A stretch of 64,000 bases of DNA from Gammaproteobacteria bacterium (GTDB lineage Bacteria > Pseudomonadota > Gammaproteobacteria > UBA12402). Under the pieces are notes generated by a model. It searched no databases, had not been told where the DNA came from, and worked only from the letters and a program-made list of their open reading frames with translations. The stretch covers positions 61,209 to 125,208 of the forward strand of contig JASFHH010000001.1 in NCBI GenBank assembly GCA_050123335.1, read 5' to 3'. Shown piece after piece: positions 28,223 to 36,420 of the stretch (positions are counted from its first letter, which is position 1; each line of letters starts with the position of its first letter). Both the position numbers and the translations under genes were made by a program.

Positions 28223-28240
28223 TAATTGTTGAGTTCTAAT

Positions 28241-28270
28241 TCACGAGTTTCGCAGTTGCGAAACTCGTGA
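28241..28270. terminator. 14-bp perfect hairpin (CGAAACTCG family) between convergent genes
   Basis: 'tcacgagtttcgca-gt-tgcgaaactcgtga'. Confidence 0.55.
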
Positions 28271-28278
28271 TAAAAATA

Positions 28279-28608
28279 TTATTTTTTTACTGGGGCAGGT
28301 GGAAGAGGTGTTTTCTTGCCCTGCATTTTTTTAAGCATGATAGGTTTCATCATTTTATTACGAATTGGCATCATTTTTCTTTGATACATCATGCCGCGCA
28401 TCATAGCGCATTTCATCATATGTGTTCTAAACATGCGTTGGCCAGCACCCAAGATTGCTAGTATTGCAAGAATCGCAACTATAATACCTATAATTTTACA
28501 GGTCATACTCATTGCATCTTCGTATTTTTTTGATTTAAGCACCACTAATGCGCCATAAGCTAAAGCAATCAATGCTAAAACAAAAGTTATATCTGAGTGA
28601 AACATCAT
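28279..28608 (-). CDS. Small membrane protein with Met-rich basic tail
   Basis: Two hydrophobic helices, then 'RMFRTHMMKCAMMRGMMYQRKMMPIRNKMMKPIMLKKMQGKK'. SD 'aggag' lies before the ATGATG at 28608; the ORF track starts at 28635. Confidence 0.5.
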   Translation of the reverse strand: MMFHSDITFVLALIALAYGALVVLKSKKYEDAMSMTCKIIGIIVAILAILAILGAGQRMFRTHMMKCAMMRGMMYQRKMMPIRNKMMKPIMLKKMQGKKTPLPPAPVKK

Positions 28609-28771
28609 AATTAATCTCCTATAGAAAGTTAACATAATTTAGGTTTTAATTCTTTTCTTTTAACCGTACCAGTCTTTTTGTGCAAAAACAATAGTTTGAT
28701 TAGTTGGTTGATCTAAAATTGAACAAAACAAGGATGTGGAACAGTTAATTTATATTTAAGTTAATGTTACA

Positions 28772-30244
28772 ATGCCGCTTATTATGTTAAAACAACTATT
28801 GCAAAACTTTATTTTAGCTATATTTGTAATCATTATTACAGTTCTTGGTTATTATTTCGCTGAAGGTCCTAATATTTTCTGGTGGCTGCTTTGGTTTGTT
28901 CCTTTGCCGGTGTTGCTATATAGCTTATACCAGAGATTTTTAACTACATTTCTCGTGGGGTTTGTCAGCTTTGCTGTTAGCTTATTTGCAGGAATTTGTG
29001 GGTATTATTATGGTACCATGATGCCATTATTGCATTTTATCCCATCGAGTATTGGTTATGGTGTGATTATGGCAATATTGATCACTTTAAATAGTTTTGC
29101 TGTGCGCAAAGTGCGAGTATGGTATGTGATTTTTTTCTTTCCGGTTTTGATGGTTGTTTATAGTTATCTAGTGTGTTTGATTGGTAAAGGTAATTTAATT
29201 TCAGTCTCTGGTTTTAGTCAATATCCATTTTTGACGTTAATGCAGTTAACTAAACTGACTGGAATATGGGGGATAGTATTTTTGTTGGCTTTTATTCCAA
29301 ATGTTTTGGCTGTTTTATGGTTTTTTCGTGAAAATGCAAAAATATTTTTATCAATTGTTGTGACAACGGTAGTGTTGTTAATTGTGGTTTTTGGTTATGG
29401 TGTTTATAAGCAATACCGAGTTGCAAATAAAGATTTTGTGCGTGTTGGTTTGGCGGTGCAAAATCCACAAAGTTATAAAAGATTGTTAAGTGACTTTATT
29501 AAGTATCCAAATAAAATGTTGTCTGCTTATATTGTTAGATTGAAAGTATTAGCAAAACAAAAAGCTCAATACATCATGCAGCCTGAAATGGATCTTATAG
29601 TAACTAAAAAAACCGAACGCACAGCCATTAATAAAATTAGTCAAATAGCAAGAAAGTATAAAACTACAATTTTATTACCGCTCACATTTATTAATGATAA
29701 AAAAATCGTACGCAAAAATTATTTATTAGTAATTGCTCCAAGTGGAAAGATAATAGCTGAATACTATAAACATCATCTGGTGCAATTTGCGGAAGGGCAA
29801 GCTAAAAGAGGGCGTGATGTAATTCAATTACCATATAAAAATTACAAATTAGGAGTTGCGATTTGTCATGATATGGATTTTGCCAATCCTGCGAGAAAAT
29901 ACGGCAAGTTGGGAATTTCTTTGTTGTTTGTGCCAGCCGCTGATTTTGGGATAAATTCTGATGCTTGGTGGCATGCTAGGTTTGCTTTGGTGCAGTCGAT
30001 ATCTAATGGATATGCTTTGGCTAGAGCGGCTTTATTTGGTTATTTAACTGTAAGTGATGCTAATGGTATATTAATTGCGAAACAACTCAGCAAGGTTGGT
30101 ATACCAACATATATGGTAGTTGATGTGCCGCTTTCTTGCGATTTAACTTTTTATGCCAAATATGGTAATTGGTTTGCGTGGTTGTGTATGGTGTTATGTG
30201 TTTTACTGATTTTGAAATGTATCGTATGTATAACACGAAAGTAA
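28772..30244 (+). CDS. Apolipoprotein N-acyltransferase (Lnt)-family membrane CN-hydrolase
   Basis: 490 aa. A multi-helix N-terminal membrane domain is followed by a CN-hydrolase domain. Putative E-K-C triad contexts are 'MQPEMD', 'YYKHHLVQFAEG' and 'VAICHDMDF'. There is a C-terminal TM helix. Confidence 0.6.
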   Translation: MPLIMLKQLLQNFILAIFVIIITVLGYYFAEGPNIFWWLLWFVPLPVLLYSLYQRFLTTFLVGFVSFAVSLFAGICGYYYGTMMPLLHFIPSSIGYGVIMAILITLNSFAVRKVRVWYVIFFFPVLMVVYSYLVCLIGKGNLISVSGFSQYPFLTLMQLTKLTGIWGIVFLLAFIPNVLAVLWFFRENAKIFLSIVVTTVVLLIVVFGYGVYKQYRVANKDFVRVGLAVQNPQSYKRLLSDFIKYPNKMLSAYIVRLKVLAKQKAQYIMQPEMDLIVTKKTERTAINKISQIARKYKTTILLPLTFINDKKIVRKNYLLVIAPSGKIIAEYYKHHLVQFAEGQAKRGRDVIQLPYKNYKLGVAICHDMDFANPARKYGKLGISLLFVPAADFGINSDAWWHARFALVQSISNGYALARAALFGYLTVSDANGILIAKQLSKVGIPTYMVVDVPLSCDLTFYAKYGNWFAWLCMVLCVLLILKCIVCITRK

Positions 30245-30261
30245 CACATAAGGTTTTTAAT

Positions 30262-30900
30262 ATGCAAAATTGGGAAAAAATTTTTAAGAAACAGGGCAAA
30301 TATTTTTATGAGCCTCATGTTGATATGCCAGAGGTGGTAAAGTTTTTTAGTGAGTATCAAGTCAAAAAAGTATTAGATGTAGGTTGCGGTACAGGAAGAC
30401 ATTTAATTTATTTGGCGCAGCATGGTTTTAGCGTTTTTGGTTTAGATTCTTCAAAAACAGCGATTGAATTTGCAAAAAATTGGCTTAAGGAAGAAGGTCT
30501 AAATGGAAATTTAAAAATTGCTGATCAATACGATAAATTTCCTTATGATGATGGTTATTTTGATGCAATTGTTTCAACACAAGCGTTGCATCATGGTGTA
30601 ACTACAGAAGTTAAACAAGTGATTACCGAAATAGAAAGGGTTTTAAAGCCTAAAGGCTGTATTTTTATTACCGTAGCAAGAAAATTTACTGATGAAGAAA
30701 TAAAAGCATTGCCGTATGAAATGCCTAAAAGTGAAGAAATCGAAAAAAATGTTTTTGTTCCATTAGAAGGTCAAGAAAAAGGGTTGCCGCATTTTCTTTT
30801 TACTGAAAAATCGGTTAAAGAATTGTTTGGTAATTTTGATTTGCAAAAATTACATATTGTTGGATCGCATTATTGTTTTTTTGGTATTAAAAAGGAGTAG
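30262..30900 (+). CDS. Class I SAM-dependent methyltransferase
   Basis: 'VLDVGCGTGRH' motif I, 'FGLDSS' and 'FDAIVSTQALHH'. The ATG at 30262 lies 18 nt after the Lnt-like stop. Confidence 0.8.
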   Translation: MQNWEKIFKKQGKYFYEPHVDMPEVVKFFSEYQVKKVLDVGCGTGRHLIYLAQHGFSVFGLDSSKTAIEFAKNWLKEEGLNGNLKIADQYDKFPYDDGYFDAIVSTQALHHGVTTEVKQVITEIERVLKPKGCIFITVARKFTDEEIKALPYEMPKSEEIEKNVFVPLEGQEKGLPHFLFTEKSVKELFGNFDLQKLHIVGSHYCFFGIKKE

Positions 30901-30902
30901 GG

Positions 30903-31832
30903 GTGAAAATAGCATTATCTGATGGAACAAAATTATATTTTGATGTTTATGGATCGAAAAATGCGATTAAAGATGATAAGTTAATTGAAAAACCAACTAT
31001 ACTTTTTTTGCATGGTGGTCCTGGTTTGGCCGATCATAATTTGTATGTTCCATTTTGGTCACAATTTCAAGACATAGCTCAAGTTATATTTATTGATTTT
31101 AGAGGTCATGGTTTAAGTGAAGGATGGAAACAAAGTGACAAGTTTAATCTGCGTTCATGGGGTGCTGATGTAAAAGATTTCTGTGATAGATTGGGAATTG
31201 AAAAACCGATTGTTGTGGGTTTTTCTTTTGGTGGTTGGGTGGCGTTAGATTATGCTATTACTTATCCTGATCATCCTGGAGCTCTTATTTTATGTAATGC
31301 CGAAGCTTCTATAGACGTGGAAACTAGAGCTCGTGCTTATCGAGATAAGGCATTGCGTAAAAATTTAGGTAGCGAAAAGGCAAACGAAATTTATGATATT
31401 GTTATGCGATTAGGAAGAGGTGAAATTGATAGTAAAAAAACCGCTGAAATGTATATTGAGCATTGTGCACCATTGTTTTCTGAAAAACCAAGTGGTCCGG
31501 AAGTAGAAAAAATTTGGATGTTGTGCAAACAAAACATATTGGCATGGGAAGTTTTTGATAGGAATGAGCAGTTTAAATTTGATTTAACTGCTGATTTGCA
31601 TAAAATCATTGCGCCAGTATTATCTATATCTGGAGAATTAGATGTTGAACATCCCGCGGTTTGTGCTAAGAAAATGTGTGATCATATAACGAATGCAGAA
31701 GTAAAGCATGTAATACTTAAAGGCGTTGGGGATCCGGTAGATCATGATGATCCTGAAGGCGTTATAAATGCGGTGCAGAATTTTATTTTTCAACTTTATC
31801 CGAAAACCAAGGAGTTAAAAAATGACCATTAG
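30903..31832 (+). CDS. Alpha/beta hydrolase (S33 proline-iminopeptidase-like)
   Basis: 'LHGGPG' oxyanion motif and nucleophile elbow 'GFSFGG'. The GTG start is 2 nt after the methyltransferase stop. Confidence 0.75.
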   Translation: MKIALSDGTKLYFDVYGSKNAIKDDKLIEKPTILFLHGGPGLADHNLYVPFWSQFQDIAQVIFIDFRGHGLSEGWKQSDKFNLRSWGADVKDFCDRLGIEKPIVVGFSFGGWVALDYAITYPDHPGALILCNAEASIDVETRARAYRDKALRKNLGSEKANEIYDIVMRLGRGEIDSKKTAEMYIEHCAPLFSEKPSGPEVEKIWMLCKQNILAWEVFDRNEQFKFDLTADLHKIIAPVLSISGELDVEHPAVCAKKMCDHITNAEVKHVILKGVGDPVDHDDPEGVINAVQNFIFQLYPKTKELKNDH

Positions 31833-32241
31833 TAAAGAAATTGTTGATGATATTATAAGTTTACTAAAACAATGTGAATTTAGAAAAATATGTGATCGTT
31901 ATTGTGCGGATGATTTTCTTTGGACTATCAAAGGCAGTAGTGTTTTATCAGGACCATACAAAAGCAAAGATGATTTTTTTGAACGAGTGATTGGTCGACT
32001 CAATAAAGTGTTACTTCCGGAATGGAAAATGCATATATTAGATTATTATGTTGATAATGATCGTGATATATTTGTTGTTGAAATGCGTGGAGAAATGACT
32101 GCAAAAAACGGCGCAGATTATAATAATGAATATTGTTGGATTTTTAAGTTTAGTGACAATAAAATTATAAGCATTACTGCATATTATGATTCATTGTTGG
32201 TGAATAAAACATTAAATGAAAATGAGGTGAGATATGAATAA
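31822..32241 (+). CDS. SnoaL/NTF2-like small protein
   Basis: 139 aa. The pattern 'DDFLWTIKGSS..SGPYKSKDDFF...' is typical of the SnoaL-like/ketosteroid-isomerase-like fold. It overlaps the hydrolase gene by 11 nt. Confidence 0.5.
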   Translation: MTISKEIVDDIISLLKQCEFRKICDRYCADDFLWTIKGSSVLSGPYKSKDDFFERVIGRLNKVLLPEWKMHILDYYVDNDRDIFVVEMRGEMTAKNGADYNNEYCWIFKFSDNKIISITAYYDSLLVNKTLNENEVRYE

Positions 32242-32295
32242 GCAAAATCCATTTGATTTTATTTTTAATTAATACTAAATTTAGGGGTTACAAAA

Positions 32296-33408
32296 ATGCT
32301 TAATAAAACGGTCGGGAGTGTGTTTATTTTGGTTGGTGGAACCATTGGTGGTGGAATCTTTGTTCTTCCGCTTGTTAGCGCTAACGTAGGTTTTGTTCAT
32401 TCAGCGATACTATTATTAGCGACTTTGTTGCTGACAACTTTTTCTAGTCTTTTAATATTGAAAGTTTGTTTAAATTTCAAGCCATATCGCAATAATTTTG
32501 GAACAATGACTAAAGCAACGTTGGGGAGAATGGGACAAATTATAGTTTGTGCCTGTTATTTAATAGCGATATATACTGCAATATCAGCTTTTTTATGCGG
32601 AAGTACATCGCTTGCAGATGTAACTTTAAAAAATTATATGCATATTACAATTCCGGCATATCTTGATACTACGGCGATTACTTTAATATTTGGATTAATT
32701 ATTTTCTTGGGTATTAGTAAAATTGATTGGTGTATGCGTTTTCTAACAACATCCAAAGGAATTTTACTTGTTGCCATTTTGTGCGTTTTACTTCCTTACG
32801 CTAATGTAAATAAAATCTTCGCAGCCGAATTTAGATTTACACACATAGGTTTTTTAATACCTGTTTTTATTAATGCATTTGGTTATCATGCGTTAATTCC
32901 CAGCATTTGTAACTACTGCGATAATAATTCAAGAAAAGTAAGAAAAATTATCTTTATCTCAGCGGCTGTCATATTGATTATATATACTATTTGGTTATTA
33001 GCGGTTTTTAGCATCATTCCACAAAATGGTAAAATTAGTTTTAGTACAATTGCGCTTCGACATAGCTCTATTGGAGGACTTACAAGCGCTCTCATAGGCC
33101 TTACTCATAATAGATATGTTTTATATGCAGTTAATTTTTTCTCTGATATTGCTATTGGAACTTCGTTGCTAGGGCTATCGTTGTGTTTATTTGATTTTAT
33201 TGCCGATGGTCTTAACAGAGCAAATAACCGCAAAGGTAGATTACAAACAGCTTTACTAACATTTATTCCACCATTTTTATTCGCACTATATTACAAACAT
33301 GGATTTACGTTAATGTTTCAATTCTCTTCAATTTTTGCAATGGTTTTAATTATATTTTTGCCAATACTTATGATGTACAGATTGAAATATACCAAATGTC
33401 GCGATTAG
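32296..33408 (+). CDS. Aromatic amino-acid permease (HAAAP family, TyrP/Mtr-like)
   Basis: 370 aa with about 11 hydrophobic segments. The N-terminus 'GSVFILVGGTIGGGIFVLPL' resembles TyrP/Mtr/TnaB. Confidence 0.6.
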   Translation: MLNKTVGSVFILVGGTIGGGIFVLPLVSANVGFVHSAILLLATLLLTTFSSLLILKVCLNFKPYRNNFGTMTKATLGRMGQIIVCACYLIAIYTAISAFLCGSTSLADVTLKNYMHITIPAYLDTTAITLIFGLIIFLGISKIDWCMRFLTTSKGILLVAILCVLLPYANVNKIFAAEFRFTHIGFLIPVFINAFGYHALIPSICNYCDNNSRKVRKIIFISAAVILIIYTIWLLAVFSIIPQNGKISFSTIALRHSSIGGLTSALIGLTHNRYVLYAVNFFSDIAIGTSLLGLSLCLFDFIADGLNRANNRKGRLQTALLTFIPPFLFALYYKHGFTLMFQFSSIFAMVLIIFLPILMMYRLKYTKCRD

Positions 33409-33579
33409 ACCGCGACTAACGGTTAAGAGATTTTTTGTATTCTTATAGAAAATATTACTTATTTTTTTAAGCTTTTAAGCTTTCCTTAAGAATCACCAGC
33501 TATAATTAAAATAAAGAGGTGATGTTTCTTTCTTACAGTGGGAAATAGCATTTCACAATAAAAATTAAAAAGGTGTGAT

Positions 33580-33861
33580 ATGAGTTTTTTTAAAAAAATC
33601 AAAAAAGATTTGTGTGAAAATTTTGGGTCTTATTTAGGTTATGCTTTAGGTGGCTGTATGATGGTCGCTGGTGTAACATTAACTGTTGTTGGCGCAAATA
33701 CACGTGATGATACTGTATCAAAAATATGTTTGGGAAGTGGAATTGTGTTAGATATAATGGGTCCAATTATGGAATGTTGTAGTGCATTTTTGCATATTGC
33801 AAATAACACTTGTTTCAATGACAACAGCAATGAAGATGAAAAGCGACCAATAAATCAATAA
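33580..33861 (+). CDS. Hypothetical small membrane protein
   Basis: 93 aa with two hydrophobic segments and an acidic tail. Confidence 0.4.
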   Translation: MSFFKKIKKDLCENFGSYLGYALGGCMMVAGVTLTVVGANTRDDTVSKICLGSGIVLDIMGPIMECCSAFLHIANNTCFNDNSNEDEKRPINQ

Positions 33862-34141
33862 GCTCACATCTGCTGAAAATATATTTGCATAAAAATTAGC
33901 ATAAATAGTATTTATATGCTATAAATCTTGTGTCAGAGCAGTTTAAGCTGTTTTGACTTATTTCTTTAATTGTTAAATAGGAGAGAAATCGATAGTGCAT
34001 TGAATCGGTCCCGAGTGACGATTGGTGTGCAAGTAAAAATAAATAGTACGACAACTGATAGCGTATTGACGCTAATTATGTGGCAACTAAGCAGTTTTTG
34101 CTTTGGTTGATTTATATTTATTTAACTTGCAGGGCAGGGCA

Positions 34142-34927
34142 ATGACTTTCGATTTTAACTTAGACAATTTAACAGCATTATTCCGGGAAATCGGGCTATA
34201 TAGTTCCGAAAATCAATTTTATCATCAGCGTATTCGTAAGCGTGAGCAGATTTTTGCTTATATTCCGCAGATTTCCGCAGCTTTTAAAAAGCTTAGCACT
34301 AAAAGGCCAATTGTGATGTTGGATTGTGGGTGCGGTAAAAGCTATTTGTCTTTTGTATTATATGCATATTGTACTACCGTGCTGAAACGCAAAATTAAGA
34401 TTATTGGGGTTGATAATAATGCTGAATTGATTGATAAATGTAACCATAGCGCTAAAGAGTTGGGTTTTGCTAGTATGCAATTTTACAATCATGCTATTGA
34501 AACATTTGGTACGAATGATGCAATTGATATTGCATATTCATTGCATGCATGTGATCTTGCTACTGATCAGACTATTGCGAAAGGAGTACAGTTGGGAGCA
34601 AAATATATTTTTTCAGTTTCCTGTTGTCAGCATACCAACCGGGCAAAAATGAGCAAACATCCTTTGACTAGTGTTTCGCGCTATCAACCATATAAAGAGC
34701 GTTTAGTTGATATGCTTGGTGATAGTATGCGTGCATTATTGTTGGAGCAATTAGGTTACGGAGTAAATATTTTTGAGTTTGTTGCTGCGGAAAAAACGCC
34801 AAAAAATATTATGCTGCGAGCGGTTAAAAATGCAGTGAAAAAGCAAGATCGAATGCAAGCTGCAACTGAATATCGACGTTTGGTCGAAATGTTTCATTTT
34901 GCCCCGGCGCTTGAAAACATGTTATAA
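34142..34927 (+). CDS. SAM-dependent methyltransferase
   Basis: 'VMLDCGCGKSYLS' motif I and 'IGVDNN'. ATG 34142 is preferred over the longer ORF start. Confidence 0.7.
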   Translation: MTFDFNLDNLTALFREIGLYSSENQFYHQRIRKREQIFAYIPQISAAFKKLSTKRPIVMLDCGCGKSYLSFVLYAYCTTVLKRKIKIIGVDNNAELIDKCNHSAKELGFASMQFYNHAIETFGTNDAIDIAYSLHACDLATDQTIAKGVQLGAKYIFSVSCCQHTNRAKMSKHPLTSVSRYQPYKERLVDMLGDSMRALLLEQLGYGVNIFEFVAAEKTPKNIMLRAVKNAVKKQDRMQAATEYRRLVEMFHFAPALENML

Positions 34928-34935
34928 TCCCAGCC

Positions 34936-35724
34936 ATGATTACAAAAAATTACAGAACATATGGAAAGGCGCCTTTTAATGTGGTTGTAGTGCATGGTGG
35001 GCCGGGTGCTACTGGCGGGGTAATGCCGGTTGCCAAAGAGCTTGCTAAACATTCTGGCGTTATTGAGCCGTTGCAAACGGCAAAATCTGTATCAGGACAA
35101 GTACAAGAATTAAAAGATGTATTAGATCAAAACGCTGATTTGCCAGTAGTATTGATTGGTCATTCTTGGGGGGCGTGGTTAAGTTTTTTGTTAGCTGTGT
35201 ATTATCCAAATTATGTTAAGAAGTTAATTTTAATTGGTAGCGCTCCGTTTGAAAATAAATATGCTGAAGCTGTAATGAAAAATCGCATGGATCATTTAAA
35301 CGATGAAGAAAAGGCGCAGTTAAATTCGGTTTTTAAAATATTTAATGATCCTGAAAGTCAAAATAAAGATGTATCTAAATTTAAGCGTTATGTTGCAGAA
35401 ATTGATTCTTATGATCCGCATTTTTATGAAGAAGATGATCAGGAATTTTGTTTGGAGATTTTTAGAAAAGTTTGGAGTGAGGCGGCGAAATTAAGAGAAA
35501 GCGGCGAGCTGCTTAAGTTAACTGAAAAAATATCTTGGCCTGTAGTTGCAATTCATGGTGATTACGACCCGCATCCATATGAAGGTGTAAAGTTGCCGCT
35601 TGCAGCTGTGCTTAAAGATTTTAAATTCTTTTTATTAGAAAAATGCGGTCATACTCCGTGGATAGAAAGAGCAGCAAGAGATAAGTTTTATCAGATTTTG
35701 CGGGATGAGATAGGTTTGTTTTAA
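34936..35724 (+). CDS. Alpha/beta hydrolase (HGGPG type)
   Basis: 'VVVHGGPG', nucleophile elbow 'GHSWGA' and C-terminal 'CGHTPW'. Confidence 0.75.
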   Translation: MITKNYRTYGKAPFNVVVVHGGPGATGGVMPVAKELAKHSGVIEPLQTAKSVSGQVQELKDVLDQNADLPVVLIGHSWGAWLSFLLAVYYPNYVKKLILIGSAPFENKYAEAVMKNRMDHLNDEEKAQLNSVFKIFNDPESQNKDVSKFKRYVAEIDSYDPHFYEEDDQEFCLEIFRKVWSEAAKLRESGELLKLTEKISWPVVAIHGDYDPHPYEGVKLPLAAVLKDFKFFLLEKCGHTPWIERAARDKFYQILRDEIGLF

Positions 35725-35726
35725 TC

Positions 35727-35752
35727 ACAAGTTTCGCAACCGCGAAACTCGT
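35727..35752. terminator. Hairpin of the CGAAACTCG family
   Basis: 'acaagtttcgc-aacc-gcgaaactcgt' (11-bp stem, 1 mismatch), immediately after the hydrolase stop. Confidence 0.45.
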
Positions 35753-35774
35753 ATTAATATTAAGAGGGTGTTGT

Positions 35775-36416
35775 ATGGCATTGAATGAAAAATTTTTAAA
35801 AAATTATGCGTTAGTTATATTAATCGCATATGTTACTTTGTGTATCGGGATTTTGTTGCATGAATGGGGCCATTCTACCATGGCATTTATTTTTGGGTTA
35901 AAGTCTAATCCTTTTAATATACACTATAGTCACCGTTTGTTTATGTTAGGTATAAGTGAACATGTGGATTACCAAAAAGCAGCATTGCTGATGCCTTGGA
36001 AAGCAATTTTAATTTCAGCGGCTGGACCATTAGTTAATTTTATTTTAATCATATTATCGTTAATATTTGTCAATTTGTTGTATAAAAAAGCGAATGCGTG
36101 GATTACGTTTATATTTTATTGTTTTTATTTCTGGAATATGAATGAATGGTTTAATTATCTAATTATTAGAGATATTTTTCCGCGAGGTGATGTTGCGCAT
36201 ATGATAAAGTTTGGGATGCCGCATTGGATATTATTGCTAATTGGTATTTTGACCGGTGTTGGATTTTTATATTTATTGTTTAAAAAAGTAAATATTAAGC
36301 TATTTAGTGCCTTTAAATTGACCCCAGCACAAAGCAAAAAATTTACCCGCACTATAATTATAGTATTTATTGTTACCCAGGGAATAACATTATATAATGA
36401 TTTATTTATGTATTAA
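35775..36416 (+). CDS. Membrane protein with HExxH motif (M50/site-2-protease-like)
   Basis: 213 aa, polytopic. 'LLHEWGHSTMAFIFG' lies within the first helix region. Confidence 0.5.
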   Translation: MALNEKFLKNYALVILIAYVTLCIGILLHEWGHSTMAFIFGLKSNPFNIHYSHRLFMLGISEHVDYQKAALLMPWKAILISAAGPLVNFILIILSLIFVNLLYKKANAWITFIFYCFYFWNMNEWFNYLIIRDIFPRGDVAHMIKFGMPHWILLLIGILTGVGFLYLLFKKVNIKLFSAFKLTPAQSKKFTRTIIIVFIVTQGITLYNDLFMY

Positions 36417-36420
36417 GAAT

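Noticed and set aside
28267-28461. His-rich 64-aa + strand ORF ('..HHAAHHSAFHH..') antisense to the Met-rich gene.
   Set aside because: It is a mirror image of ATG-rich coding (CAT = His), with no SD and no hydrophobic or structural logic. The minus-strand ORF has an 'aggag' SD and two TM helices. The strand choice should still be checked experimentally.
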